DNA from: an uncultured bacterium
GTDB lineage: Bacteria > Myxococcota_A > UBA796 > CAJQPC01
Direction: 5' to 3'
Length of the DNA stretch: 64,000 nucleotides
NCBI GenBank assembly: GCA_905480105.1
Contig: CAJQPC010000145.1
Coordinates: 7,234-71,233 of the forward strand
The first letter of the stretch is position 1. Each line of letters begins with the position of its first letter. The translations under genes and the position numbers were made by a program. Below the pieces are notes generated by a model that ran no database searches, was not told the DNA's origin, and worked only from the letters and a program-made list of their open reading frames with translations. This document shows, one piece after another, positions 52,996-61,891 of the stretch.

Positions 52996-53161
52996 CGAAT
53001 CACCTTCGTGTCGCTGCATCTTCGGCAGCGAGGGCCCAGGTATTGCCCGAGGGGTACACGTCAAGTGGAAGATTCGCGGTATTGAACAGAAGAGAGGGGC
53101 CTGCTTGTGTATACAAGGGTTGCAGCGCTATCCTGTGGTCCTTGTAACTCCGGGACCTCCC

Positions 53162-56100
53162 ATGATGAACCGCTTTGCTCTGCCCCTTTTTTTGGGTCTA
53201 CTGACTGCCTGTAGCGCTGATTGGGCTGCTGTGGACGCGGATGGTGACGGAGTGCCCTTTGGCCTGGATTGTGATGATCTGAACGGGAACGTGGGAGACC
53301 AGATCGAGATTTGGTACGACGGAATCGATCAGGATTGCGACGGAAACGATGCGGACATGGACGGCGATGGCTTTGTGCCCAGCTTCTACGCGGCGGATTT
53401 TCCGAATGCGTGGCAAAACTTTCCGGCCCACATCGCTTCGGGCGACTGCTGGGACAGCACGCTGGAGATCCCCGAGAACCAAGTGGTTGTGGCTGGCGCG
53501 ATCCAGCCCAGCGCCGACCTGGTCTTTCCTGGGGCAGAAGACCTCTGGTACGACGGAGGGGATCAGGACTGCGCGGAGAACTCGGACTTTGACCAGGACG
53601 GGGATGGTCAGGACAGCCAGTGGATTGAGAACGTCTCTGGAGACGTCGGGACAGACTGCGCGGACGCCATCGAGGATCTTTCCGTTGTGCAGGACGACGA
53701 CTGTGGTGTTCCTGCAGACATTCAGCCCGTGGACATCTTCCTGGGCGCCACCGACACCCCCTACGATGGCGTAAACCAAGACTGTGGCGTTGATGAGGTT
53801 GGAGGGTTCGAGAACGACCACGACGCGGATGGCGACGGTTTTGTCTACTGCGAGGAGTGCGACGACTCGGACGCAAACATCTTCCCGAACGAGGGCATCG
53901 AGGAGCTCTGGTACAACGGCGTAGACGAGAACTGCGACGGAAACGATGGGGACCGGGACGGCGACGGCTATGTCGACGCCGCCTACATTGCTGCATTCCC
54001 GAGCACTTGGGACTCTGAGGCCTTTACGGGCCACGCAAGGGTTGTCTTGGACAGCTTCGGAGACGAGGTCGTAGGCTTGGCTGCAGTGGACTGCTGGGAT
54101 GACCCAACCACTACCCCGACGGACTTCCAGCCCCTGGGCGGCCTGGCTCCCCTGGATCCCGACCAGGTTTACCCCCGCTCCAAGAGCGACGCCCCTCTGG
54201 ATGTTGTCTACGACGGCATAGACGCGGACTGCTGGGGCGACTCGGACTTTGACTCGGACCAAGACGGTCACGACGCCGGGGATGTGTCTCAGCGCGGCGG
54301 CGGTGTCGGGGATGACTGCGACGATGCCGACCCCTCGATCTTCCCGGGTGTAGACCTGAGCGGAATAGAGGCAGTAGAGAGCTGTGACGACGTGGACTCG
54401 AACTGCGATGGCAGCACCAACGATGTCGATTCTCTGGGCTGCGCCAACTACTACATCGATGCAGACTCAGACAGCTATGGCGTCTCGGGCGGCTTTGTCT
54501 GCCAGTGCGAGTCCGAGGGCAGCTACACGTCGCTGCTGAACACGGACTGCAACGACTCCGACTCCGACGAGTACCCAGGCGCTCCAGACTTGTGCGACGG
54601 CCAGGACAACGACTGCGACGGCAGCCTGGAGAGCGACGAGCAGGACGACGATTCCGACGGATACGTTGAGTGTACGTGGCCGGCTTCGGGTTGGGACAGC
54701 GACTCGGCGTCCATGACGGGCGATGACGACTGTGACGATACCGACCGCAGCATCTACCCCAGCGCGACTGAGCTCTGCGATGGCCAGGACAACGACTGTG
54801 ACTTTAGCCTTGCCAGTACCGAGAGCGACTTAGACAGCGATGGTTATGTGGCCTGCTCCATCGACAGCGGCGGCTGGAACGGGAGCTCCGTGCCCACGGG
54901 TTACGATGACTGTGACGACGCCGAGGCGAGCACCTACCCAGGTGCCACCGAGCAAGTCGCCGACGGCGTAGACAACGACTGCGACTTGGTTGAGACCTGC
55001 TACGCGGACGTAGACGAGGATGGCTTTGGGGACCCCGATGCCACGGCGGAGACCGGCGCCTCCAACTTCAACTGCGACCGGGACTTTAAGGGCCTGGCAG
55101 ACGACGCGGATGACTGCGACGACACGGACGATACCGTCTATCTCGGCGCCGACGAGCTCTGTGACGGTCAGGACAACGCCTGCTCGGGCAGCATCGACAC
55201 GGACGAGGTTGACAACGACTCCGATGGCTATGTGGAGTGCGCCGACGACGGCAGCGCCTGGGCTGGCTCCAGCATCACTGGCTACGAGGACTGCGACGAC
55301 ACTGTGAGCACGGTCTACCCCACCGCCACGGAGACCGCGGCGGACGGTGTGGACCAGGACTGCGATGACGTGGACACCTGCTACCGAGATGCGGACAAGG
55401 ACGGCTACGGTTCCACCACGGAAGTGGACGGTATTGATCTGAACTGCGATCGTCCTGGGGCCAAGCTGGCCGACGACAGCTCGGACTGCGACGACACGGA
55501 CGATGTGGTCTATCCCTCGGCCACAGAGCTCTGCGACGGTCAGGACAACGCTTGTGCGGGCTCAGTGCCCACCGACGAGACCGACGACGATGGCGACAAA
55601 TACGTGGAGTGCTCCGACGACGGCAGCACCTGGGTAGGCGATTCTATCTTAGGCTACGAGGACTGCGATGACACCGATGCCGACAGCAACCCCGGCGAGA
55701 GTGAAATCTGCGATTCATCCAACACCGACGAGGACTGCAACGGGGTCGCTGACGACTTGGACGCCGGAACCCTGACCGGGTCCAAGACCACTTGGTACGT
55801 GGACGGCGACTCGGACAACTACGGAGACGAGAACGACGGCGGCACAGCTCTCTGCGAACAACCCAGCGGCTACGTCAGCGACAACAGCGACTGCAACGAT
55901 GCCAACGGCAGCGTGAGTCCAGGCGAGACCAGCGACGCGGTGGGCGACGAGGTGGACCAAGACTGTGACGGTACCGAGCTCTGCTACCTGGACAGCGACG
56001 AAGACGGCTTTGGGAGCACCAGCACGGTGGCGTCGACCGCGGATGAACTCTGTGAGACGGCCGACGGGGAGTCCACAGTCAGCACCGACTGTGATGACGG

Positions 56101-57283
56101 CGACAGCTCGATCAACCCCGATGGGACCGAGGTCTGTGACGACGATGACGACGACGAGGACTGCAGTGGCACCGCGGACGACCTGGACAGCGGCGTGGAC
56201 GTGAGCACCATGACCGCCTTTTACGTCGATGCGGACACCGACTTGTACGGCGATGAGACCGACACCGGCACCGACTATTGCGATGCGCCCTCCGGCTATG
56301 TCTCGGACAACACGGACTGCTTGGACTCGGACTCTGGCGTAAATCCAGGCGTGACGGAAGTGCGCGGCGATGCCGTGGACGATGACTGCGATGGCACGGC
56401 GGACCCCTACCTGCTCTCCGACATGGGCACGGGAGACTTGGTCATTACCGAGATCATGATCAACCCCGCTGCGGTGGCCGACAGTCAAGGCGAGTACATC
56501 GAGGTCTTCAACAACTCCGGTGGCGAGGTCGATTTCGAAGGCTTGTACTTCACCAATGACAGCAACCGGGCGGCCGAGGTGACCTCGGGCGTGGTGGTGA
56601 CCAGCAGCGTGGTGGCCGACGGCGACTATTTCCTGATCGGTCCAAGCAGTGATTCAGGCACCAACGGTGGCTACTCCCCAGATGCGACCTACACTTGGGG
56701 GTCCGGTGCTTCGGCTTTCTCTGTGGGCAACGCTGGCGAGATTATTGGAATGTACACGGACAGCGGGGAGACGGTGCTGCTGGACGAGGTGGATTTCACC
56801 GACTCGAGCTACTTTGGCAGTCCTGTGGGCCCGTCAATGAGCCTGGACGACACCTACCTGGACGCCGACGCCAACGACCATGGCGGACACTGGTGTGAGT
56901 CGTCGACGGCCTTGAGCGGTGGTGACGATGGGACACCTGGCGCAGCCAACGACAGCTGCGGCTTTGTCTACGGCTTTTCTACGGACATTGAGCCGGTTCT
57001 GACCACCACCTGTGGTGGCTGTCATGGCGGTTCGGGTGGCTCGGGCAGCCTAAGCTTCATCGAGGACTGGGACTCCTTGGTGTACGTGAACTCCAATGAC
57101 GTGGGCACAATGTTCTTGATCGATCCCTTCGACTCGACCCTCAGCTATCTTCAGCACAAAATCGATGGGACCCAGGCCACTGTGGGAGGGTCTGGCCAAC
57201 AAATGCCTCGCGGCTCAGGCAGCCTGACCGCGGGTGAGATCACCATGATCGAGGATTGGATCAACGAAGGAGCACCCCAATAG
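53162..57283 (+). CDS. giant Asp/Cys-rich lipoprotein: MopE-like putative metal-binding repeats + lamin-tail domain + C-terminal CxxCH planctomycete-cytochrome-like domain
   Basis: ATG at 53162 gives MMNRFALPLFLGLLTACS (lipobox). More than 15 copies of DCDDxDxxxxPGAxExCDGxDNDCDG-type motifs. LTD-like LVITEIMINPAAVADSQGEYIEVFNNSG (from about 56437). C-terminal IEPVLTTTCGGCHGG...MPRGSGSLTAGEITMIEDWINEGAP, with CGGCH at 57011-57025. Confidence 0.75.
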   Translation: MMNRFALPLFLGLLTACSADWAAVDADGDGVPFGLDCDDLNGNVGDQIEIWYDGIDQDCDGNDADMDGDGFVPSFYAADFPNAWQNFPAHIASGDCWDSTLEIPENQVVVAGAIQPSADLVFPGAEDLWYDGGDQDCAENSDFDQDGDGQDSQWIENVSGDVGTDCADAIEDLSVVQDDDCGVPADIQPVDIFLGATDTPYDGVNQDCGVDEVGGFENDHDADGDGFVYCEECDDSDANIFPNEGIEELWYNGVDENCDGNDGDRDGDGYVDAAYIAAFPSTWDSEAFTGHARVVLDSFGDEVVGLAAVDCWDDPTTTPTDFQPLGGLAPLDPDQVYPRSKSDAPLDVVYDGIDADCWGDSDFDSDQDGHDAGDVSQRGGGVGDDCDDADPSIFPGVDLSGIEAVESCDDVDSNCDGSTNDVDSLGCANYYIDADSDSYGVSGGFVCQCESEGSYTSLLNTDCNDSDSDEYPGAPDLCDGQDNDCDGSLESDEQDDDSDGYVECTWPASGWDSDSASMTGDDDCDDTDRSIYPSATELCDGQDNDCDFSLASTESDLDSDGYVACSIDSGGWNGSSVPTGYDDCDDAEASTYPGATEQVADGVDNDCDLVETCYADVDEDGFGDPDATAETGASNFNCDRDFKGLADDADDCDDTDDTVYLGADELCDGQDNACSGSIDTDEVDNDSDGYVECADDGSAWAGSSITGYEDCDDTVSTVYPTATETAADGVDQDCDDVDTCYRDADKDGYGSTTEVDGIDLNCDRPGAKLADDSSDCDDTDDVVYPSATELCDGQDNACAGSVPTDETDDDGDKYVECSDDGSTWVGDSILGYEDCDDTDADSNPGESEICDSSNTDEDCNGVADDLDAGTLTGSKTTWYVDGDSDNYGDENDGGTALCEQPSGYVSDNSDCNDANGSVSPGETSDAVGDEVDQDCDGTELCYLDSDEDGFGSTSTVASTADELCETADGESTVSTDCDDGDSSINPDGTEVCDDDDDDEDCSGTADDLDSGVDVSTMTAFYVDADTDLYGDETDTGTDYCDAPSGYVSDNTDCLDSDSGVNPGVTEVRGDAVDDDCDGTADPYLLSDMGTGDLVITEIMINPAAVADSQGEYIEVFNNSGGEVDFEGLYFTNDSNRAAEVTSGVVVTSSVVADGDYFLIGPSSDSGTNGGYSPDATYTWGSGASAFSVGNAGEIIGMYTDSGETVLLDEVDFTDSSYFGSPVGPSMSLDDTYLDADANDHGGHWCESSTALSGGDDGTPGAANDSCGFVYGFSTDIEPVLTTTCGGCHGGSGGSGSLSFIEDWDSLVYVNSNDVGTMFLIDPFDSTLSYLQHKIDGTQATVGGSGQQMPRGSGSLTAGEITMIEDWINEGAPQ
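54902..55654 (+). repeat. two tandem intragenic modules of about 125 aa (381 + 372 nt)
   Basis: Module A starts YDDCDDAEASTYPGATEQVADGVDNDCD... (54902). Module B starts YEDCDDTVSTVYPTATETAADGVDQDCD... (55283). They are colinear at protein level, with long DNA-identical runs such as gactgcgacgacacggacgat. Confidence 0.7.
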
Positions 57284-58464
57284 TGAGCTTGCTTCTTCTG
57301 TTGGGTGCAGGGGCAGCCTTGGCGCAGGAGTGTCCTGTCCCTTTGGAGCCCGAGGCCATGGCCTTGCGCTTGGAGGCCGTAAAAGATGACGTGCTCTTTG
57401 GTGAGCCGTCCGCAAAGCAGGAACTCTCCGCCATCGAGGACAGCCTTCCTTGCTTGAATGGGCCCTTGGATCGAAGGGAGCTTGGCAAGCTGATGTTGGG
57501 TCAGGCGGCCTTCGGCACCTTTATGAGTCTGGACAGCAGCGTCTATTACGAGAGGGCTGCTGCACTGGGCGCTGGTGATCTGGACTACGGGCCCGAAGTC
57601 CAAGCCAAGCTGGATGGGGTGCAGCCAGCCCCCCCGGCGCTGCTCATTTTGGACTTTGAGCCTGACCCAGCTGTGCTCCTGGTGGACGGCGTGGTCACCT
57701 ACACCACAGGCCCCAGGGAGATCGCCAGCGGTTGGCACATTGTGCAGTGGCTCCAGGACGACGGCTGGCAAGTTCGCGTGCTGGAGCTGGGTCCCAACGA
57801 AGAATTTGAGATCTCCGTGCGCGCTGTGGCAACTCCCCTACCTGAGCAGCCGCCCACCGAACAGGTCCCCAAAGAGCGCAGAGAGCCGCTTACAGTTGGT
57901 CGCGGCGGCGTAGCCAGCGCAGCGATGGGCTACCAGCTCGCCTTAACCAAGATTCAGCACCAAGATCAGACCTATGAGGGGCTACAAGGCGGCCCTGCCC
58001 TCATCTTGAGGGCCCGTAGCCACGGAGCGTGGCACCTTCGCCTGGGCGCGGAGCTGAGTCCAGGTGCCAGCGGCGCGCGATCAGGGTCGTCCACACGAGC
58101 ACATCTGGCGGCCGGCTGGCAGCAGGATCAGGGCCTTGGCTTGGGACTTGCGTTGGGCCCTGTGTTGGGTGGTGCCTCTACCTTGGTGGCCCAGGCGGCC
58201 GGCGAGGACCCTCGTTTTGAGCCTGGTCGTGCTTGGGGAACCGCATTGATCGTCCAGCTCAAACCAATTGATCCGCTTTATCTGGAACTCCAAGGGCACT
58301 GGCTAGACGCCGGCGTTGGGGGAGCGCTCTTGGCCCAGCTTCAGGTTGGCGAACTGGGTCCTGTACCGCTGCTAATGAGCATCGGAGGCCAACACTGGCA
58401 GAGTGCCGAGGGTGGACGATTGTCCTGGGTTCAGGTGGGCGTGGGCAGCGCGTTCACGTTCTGA
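57283..58464 (+). CDS. hypothetical exported protein, possible outer-membrane beta-barrel
   Basis: GTG at 57283 overlaps the upstream TAG by 1 nt. Signal VSLLLLLGAGAALAQ. C-terminal half has alternating Gly/Ala/Leu-rich strands and ends ...GVGSAFTF (aromatic terminus). Confidence 0.5.
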   Translation: MSLLLLLGAGAALAQECPVPLEPEAMALRLEAVKDDVLFGEPSAKQELSAIEDSLPCLNGPLDRRELGKLMLGQAAFGTFMSLDSSVYYERAAALGAGDLDYGPEVQAKLDGVQPAPPALLILDFEPDPAVLLVDGVVTYTTGPREIASGWHIVQWLQDDGWQVRVLELGPNEEFEISVRAVATPLPEQPPTEQVPKERREPLTVGRGGVASAAMGYQLALTKIQHQDQTYEGLQGGPALILRARSHGAWHLRLGAELSPGASGARSGSSTRAHLAAGWQQDQGLGLGLALGPVLGGASTLVAQAAGEDPRFEPGRAWGTALIVQLKPIDPLYLELQGHWLDAGVGGALLAQLQVGELGPVPLLMSIGGQHWQSAEGGRLSWVQVGVGSAFTF

Positions 58465-58532
58465 GCACAGGGCCCCGGTCCCCCAGCTTTGGGGACGCGT
58501 GGTACGCTGGTGGACGCTAGTCTGGCAGAACG

Positions 58533-60182
58533 GTGGCCCTTCCACTCAACACTGAAATTCTCGAGACGTTGGGCGAGGGCAGCTTCGGGGCGGTCTACGT
58601 CGCGTTGTTGTGCGAGGGCGCGATCCGTCGAACGGTCGTGCTCAAGGTGCTCAAGCCGGAATGGTCGGACCATCCTGAGATATTGGTGCGTTCTCGGGAC
58701 GAGGCCACGCTGCTGGCACTGCTCAACCACGACAACATCGTGCGCGTCGAGCAGCTCATTGAGATCGAAGGCCGCCCGGCGTTGGTCATGGAGCACGTAC
58801 AGGGCTTGACCTTGGAGCGGATTTTGAAGGGCAACGGCCCCTTGCCTGTGGGGATCGCAGTGGGGATCGCTGCCAAGGTAGCTTCGGCACTGGATGCCGC
58901 CTACAATCAGCGCCCTGCCGGGGCCAAAGAGCCCCTGCGAGTGGTGCACCGGGACATCAAGCCGTCCAACATCATCATCTCGGTGGCTGGTTCGGTGAAA
59001 GTGCTGGACTTTGGCACCGCTCGGGCTGAGTTCGGAGAGCGCGGGGCCCACACCTCAGCGCTCACTTTGGGCTCGCCCCTCTATATGGCGCCCGAGTGCT
59101 TCGACGGTGCCGAAGCGGACCCCACGGTCGACATCTACGCCTTGGGTTCCACCCTCTTCGAGCTGCTCGCTGGAGTGCCATTGGGGCGGCTTAGCGTTCA
59201 CCCCGAGAAGCATGGCGTGAAGCTGCAGGAGCGCTTGGCACAGCTCAGCTCCCCAGAGCTGGTCGAAGGCGGACCGATTTTAAAGGCCGTGCGCAACCTC
59301 ATCGGACGCTGCATGCGCTACGAGCCTCAGAGGCGTCCGACCGCCTCCGACATGCGGCGCCTCTGCAATGAGTTCCTTAAGCGACTGCCCCGTGGCACCT
59401 TGAGCATGGACCAGTTCGCTCAGGTCACCGTTGAGCCACTCTACATTGCCCGCGAGACGCACGACCCCATCCCACTCGACTCGACCTTGGGCCGCAGCGG
59501 TCTGCGAGATCTGGAGAAAGATGAGCCCAAGCCTTTGGGGAGCACCAAGCCTGAGTTGTCCAGTCCGGCCCCTGCGCCAGTCAAGCTGGAGCCGCCTCCG
59601 GCCGCCAGGGCCAAGCGGGTAGTCCTTCCGCCGCCGCCCCAAGACGAGGAAGAGGACCAGACCGGCATGGGTCGCCTGTTGCTCTTTGGGGCTCTTGGGA
59701 TTCTTCTGGGATTGGCTGTTGTCGCCGGCATTCTGGCGTTGGTGCTCCAACAGCCTAAACCCACCGAGCCTGTGATCAGCCCTGAAGTTCAGCAGCCGGT
59801 GGTGGTCCCTGTGTTGGAAGCCCTCCCGGTGGAGCAGGTGGTCCCCGAGGCAGTGGAGCTTGCCAAAGAGGTAGAGAAGGCTCCGTTGGCCCCAGCTCCC
59901 CGCCCCGTCGCCAATGTCGGTCGTGGTTCAGGGGGCCAAGAAGCTGAAAGCGCGGGGCCTACTGCCCGGGTCGAGGTTCGCGTTGCTTCGGTGCCCGCGG
60001 GTGCGCGGGTGCGGGTTGGTGGTGAGAGTGTCCAGGCGCCAGGTTTGCTGAGCTTGCCGGGGGGCACCGTGACTGCACGGGTCAGCTTTCCGGACAGCAG
60101 CGGTGGTAGCTGCGTATTGACCGCCGTAGAAGGCGCCAAGTGGAAGTTCCGAGCCGATGCTGGTTCGGTGGTCTGCCCCTAA
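58533..60182 (+). CDS. Ser/Thr protein kinase with Pro-rich linker, TM segment and PEGA-like C-terminal domain
   Basis: LGEGSFGAVYVA, HRDIKPSNIII, DFGTARA. TM helix LLLFGALGILLGLAVVAGILALV. C-terminal VRVASVPAGARVRVGG. Confidence 0.9.
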   Translation: MALPLNTEILETLGEGSFGAVYVALLCEGAIRRTVVLKVLKPEWSDHPEILVRSRDEATLLALLNHDNIVRVEQLIEIEGRPALVMEHVQGLTLERILKGNGPLPVGIAVGIAAKVASALDAAYNQRPAGAKEPLRVVHRDIKPSNIIISVAGSVKVLDFGTARAEFGERGAHTSALTLGSPLYMAPECFDGAEADPTVDIYALGSTLFELLAGVPLGRLSVHPEKHGVKLQERLAQLSSPELVEGGPILKAVRNLIGRCMRYEPQRRPTASDMRRLCNEFLKRLPRGTLSMDQFAQVTVEPLYIARETHDPIPLDSTLGRSGLRDLEKDEPKPLGSTKPELSSPAPAPVKLEPPPAARAKRVVLPPPPQDEEEDQTGMGRLLLFGALGILLGLAVVAGILALVLQQPKPTEPVISPEVQQPVVVPVLEALPVEQVVPEAVELAKEVEKAPLAPAPRPVANVGRGSGGQEAESAGPTARVEVRVASVPAGARVRVGGESVQAPGLLSLPGGTVTARVSFPDSSGGSCVLTAVEGAKWKFRADAGSVVCP

Positions 60183-60207
60183 AGAGACCCGTTGCTAAGC
60201 AGCTCTT

Positions 60208-60648
60208 TTACAGGCTGCGCCGGCGTCTGGAGAGCACCAGGCTCAGGGCCAATGCGCCCAGTCCCCACAGTGGCGTGCTGCCCGTGTTGGAGCAGCTACT
60301 TTCCATCTTGGGGGTCTCGGTGGCGACGATGATCACGGTGACGGTGTCAGGCAAGCTGGTCTGGGCGCCGGAAGACACGGTGAGATCCCAACGGTAGGAA
60401 CCGGGCTGCTCGACTGAGAACCGGGGGGTTGCCGAGGAGGGGTCGTCGAGCTCTGCCGGAGGTCCTCCGCTCCGAACCCAGGCGTAGCTCAGCTCTTCCT
60501 CGCCGCTTCCGGCGCCAGCCAGTTCGACTGTCTGTCCGGCGTAGGCCAGGAAATCCGCTCCGGCCTGCGCCTGCAGGACGGGCAGGGGAGGGGTGGTCTG
60601 GGCGTTGGCCTGGGAGGCCAACGACAGGGGGAGTAGGATGCTTAGCAT
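60208..60648 (-). CDS. secreted protein with MYXO-CTERM-like sorting tail
   Basis: Signal MLSILLPLSLASQANAQ. PKD/Ig-like middle. The tail ...SSCSNTGSTPLWGLGALALSLVLSRRRRSL has a Cys, a hydrophobic helix and an Arg cluster. Confidence 0.65.
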   Translation of the reverse strand: MLSILLPLSLASQANAQTTPPLPVLQAQAGADFLAYAGQTVELAGAGSGEEELSYAWVRSGGPPAELDDPSSATPRFSVEQPGSYRWDLTVSSGAQTSLPDTVTVIIVATETPKMESSCSNTGSTPLWGLGALALSLVLSRRRRSL

Positions 60649-60692
60649 TCAGGCAGGCTAACCCCTGCTCTTGTCCCCTGCTCGGGAGTGGT

Positions 60693-61034
60693 GTGCAGAA
60701 CCTGGTCTTGGTCTTTGTGGGCGGCGGTCTGGGAGCCACCCTGCGCTATGGCGTCAGCTTGGCGGTGCCCGGGCACTGGGGGACTTGGATGGTCAATGTG
60801 TTGGGCAGCTTTTGTCTGGGCTTGATCTTGAGTCATCCTGGCTTTGGCGATCCCCGGCTGCGCTTGCTCTTGGGGACTGGCTTGATGGGCGGATTCACCA
60901 CCTACTCCACCTTCAACACCGATACTTTGCGTCTGGTTCAGGAGGGGCAGGCGGGTCTGGCGGCCATCCATGTGGTCGCCACCCTGACGGTCTGCCTGGG
61001 CGCCGGGGCTCTGGGGCTTTGGTTGGGCCGCTGA
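60693..61034 (+). CDS. crcB: fluoride ion channel CrcB
   Basis: GTG at 60693. GGGLGATLRY and GGFTTYSTF motifs. 113 aa with four TM segments. Confidence 0.85.
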   Translation: MQNLVLVFVGGGLGATLRYGVSLAVPGHWGTWMVNVLGSFCLGLILSHPGFGDPRLRLLLGTGLMGGFTTYSTFNTDTLRLVQEGQAGLAAIHVVATLTVCLGAGALGLWLGR

Positions 61035-61171
61035 TCTGCAATAGTCGCGGGGCTTGCATCGTAGATATGGTGCCTTGCGGCACCTGCTCAAACCCAGTAA
61101 TCTCCGACAATAGAAAGCGCCGAGGCGACTGGGTACAAGGTCGACGGTGCACAATTTAGAAAAGGGATCCC

Positions 61172-61891
61172 ATGGGCCTGTTTGATCGAATGGCGAACGT
61201 CTGGAAGGGGTTCATCTCCCTTTGGGTCTCCGAAGTTGAGCAGAAGAACCCCGAGGCTGTCTACGAGGCCGCCATCGAGGAGCGTCTCAAAAAGCACAGC
61301 CAGCTAAAGAAAGCGGTCTCCGGGATCGTGTATCTGCGAAACAAGCTGACCTCGGAGCTGGAGCAGGCAGAGAAGCAGCTGGCGGAGATTCAGCTCCAAA
61401 TCCCTGTGGCCGTAGAGGAAGGGGAAGATGACGTCGCTTTGGTGCTCCTCCAAAAAAAGGATGAGCTGACCGTCAAGATCATTCAGGTCTCCTCCGAGCT
61501 GGAGAAGATCAAGGTTCAGGCGGAAGAGGCCAAGAGCGGTCTTATTGCCTTCCAAGGGGAGATCGAGAAGCTCAAGCGCGAGAAGAACGAGGTGCTGGCC
61601 AAAAAGGCAAACGCCGAGGCGCGCATCTCCATCCAGGAGACCCTGGACGGCATGAGCACCGATGCGGACATCAAGGCTTTGGAGAACGTGCGCGAGCACG
61701 TGGAGAAGCTTCAGGCCGAGGCCGACGTTGGGGCCGAGATCAAGGGCGAGTCTCTGGACGACAAGCTCTCCAAGATCAAAGCCAAGACTGCCAATGCTGC
61801 TGCGCAGGGTCAGCTCGCTGAACTCAAGAAGCAGATGGCCGCGCGAAAGAGCGCTCAAGGCCAAGCCGCCGGCGTCAAGAAGACCATGTAG
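61172..61891 (+). CDS. pspA: PspA/IM30 family protein
   Basis: MGLFDRMANVWKGFIS... N-terminus and a long coiled coil rich in E/K/Q/A. Confidence 0.85.
   Translation: MGLFDRMANVWKGFISLWVSEVEQKNPEAVYEAAIEERLKKHSQLKKAVSGIVYLRNKLTSELEQAEKQLAEIQLQIPVAVEEGEDDVALVLLQKKDELTVKIIQVSSELEKIKVQAEEAKSGLIAFQGEIEKLKREKNEVLAKKANAEARISIQETLDGMSTDADIKALENVREHVEKLQAEADVGAEIKGESLDDKLSKIKAKTANAAAQGQLAELKKQMAARKSAQGQAAGVKKTM

Noticed and set aside
60649-60692. Fluoride riboswitch (crcB motif) upstream of crcB.
   Set aside because: Only about 44 nt separate crcB from the neighbouring divergent gene's start (60648), and I could not see the conserved crcB-motif elements. That is too short for the riboswitch.
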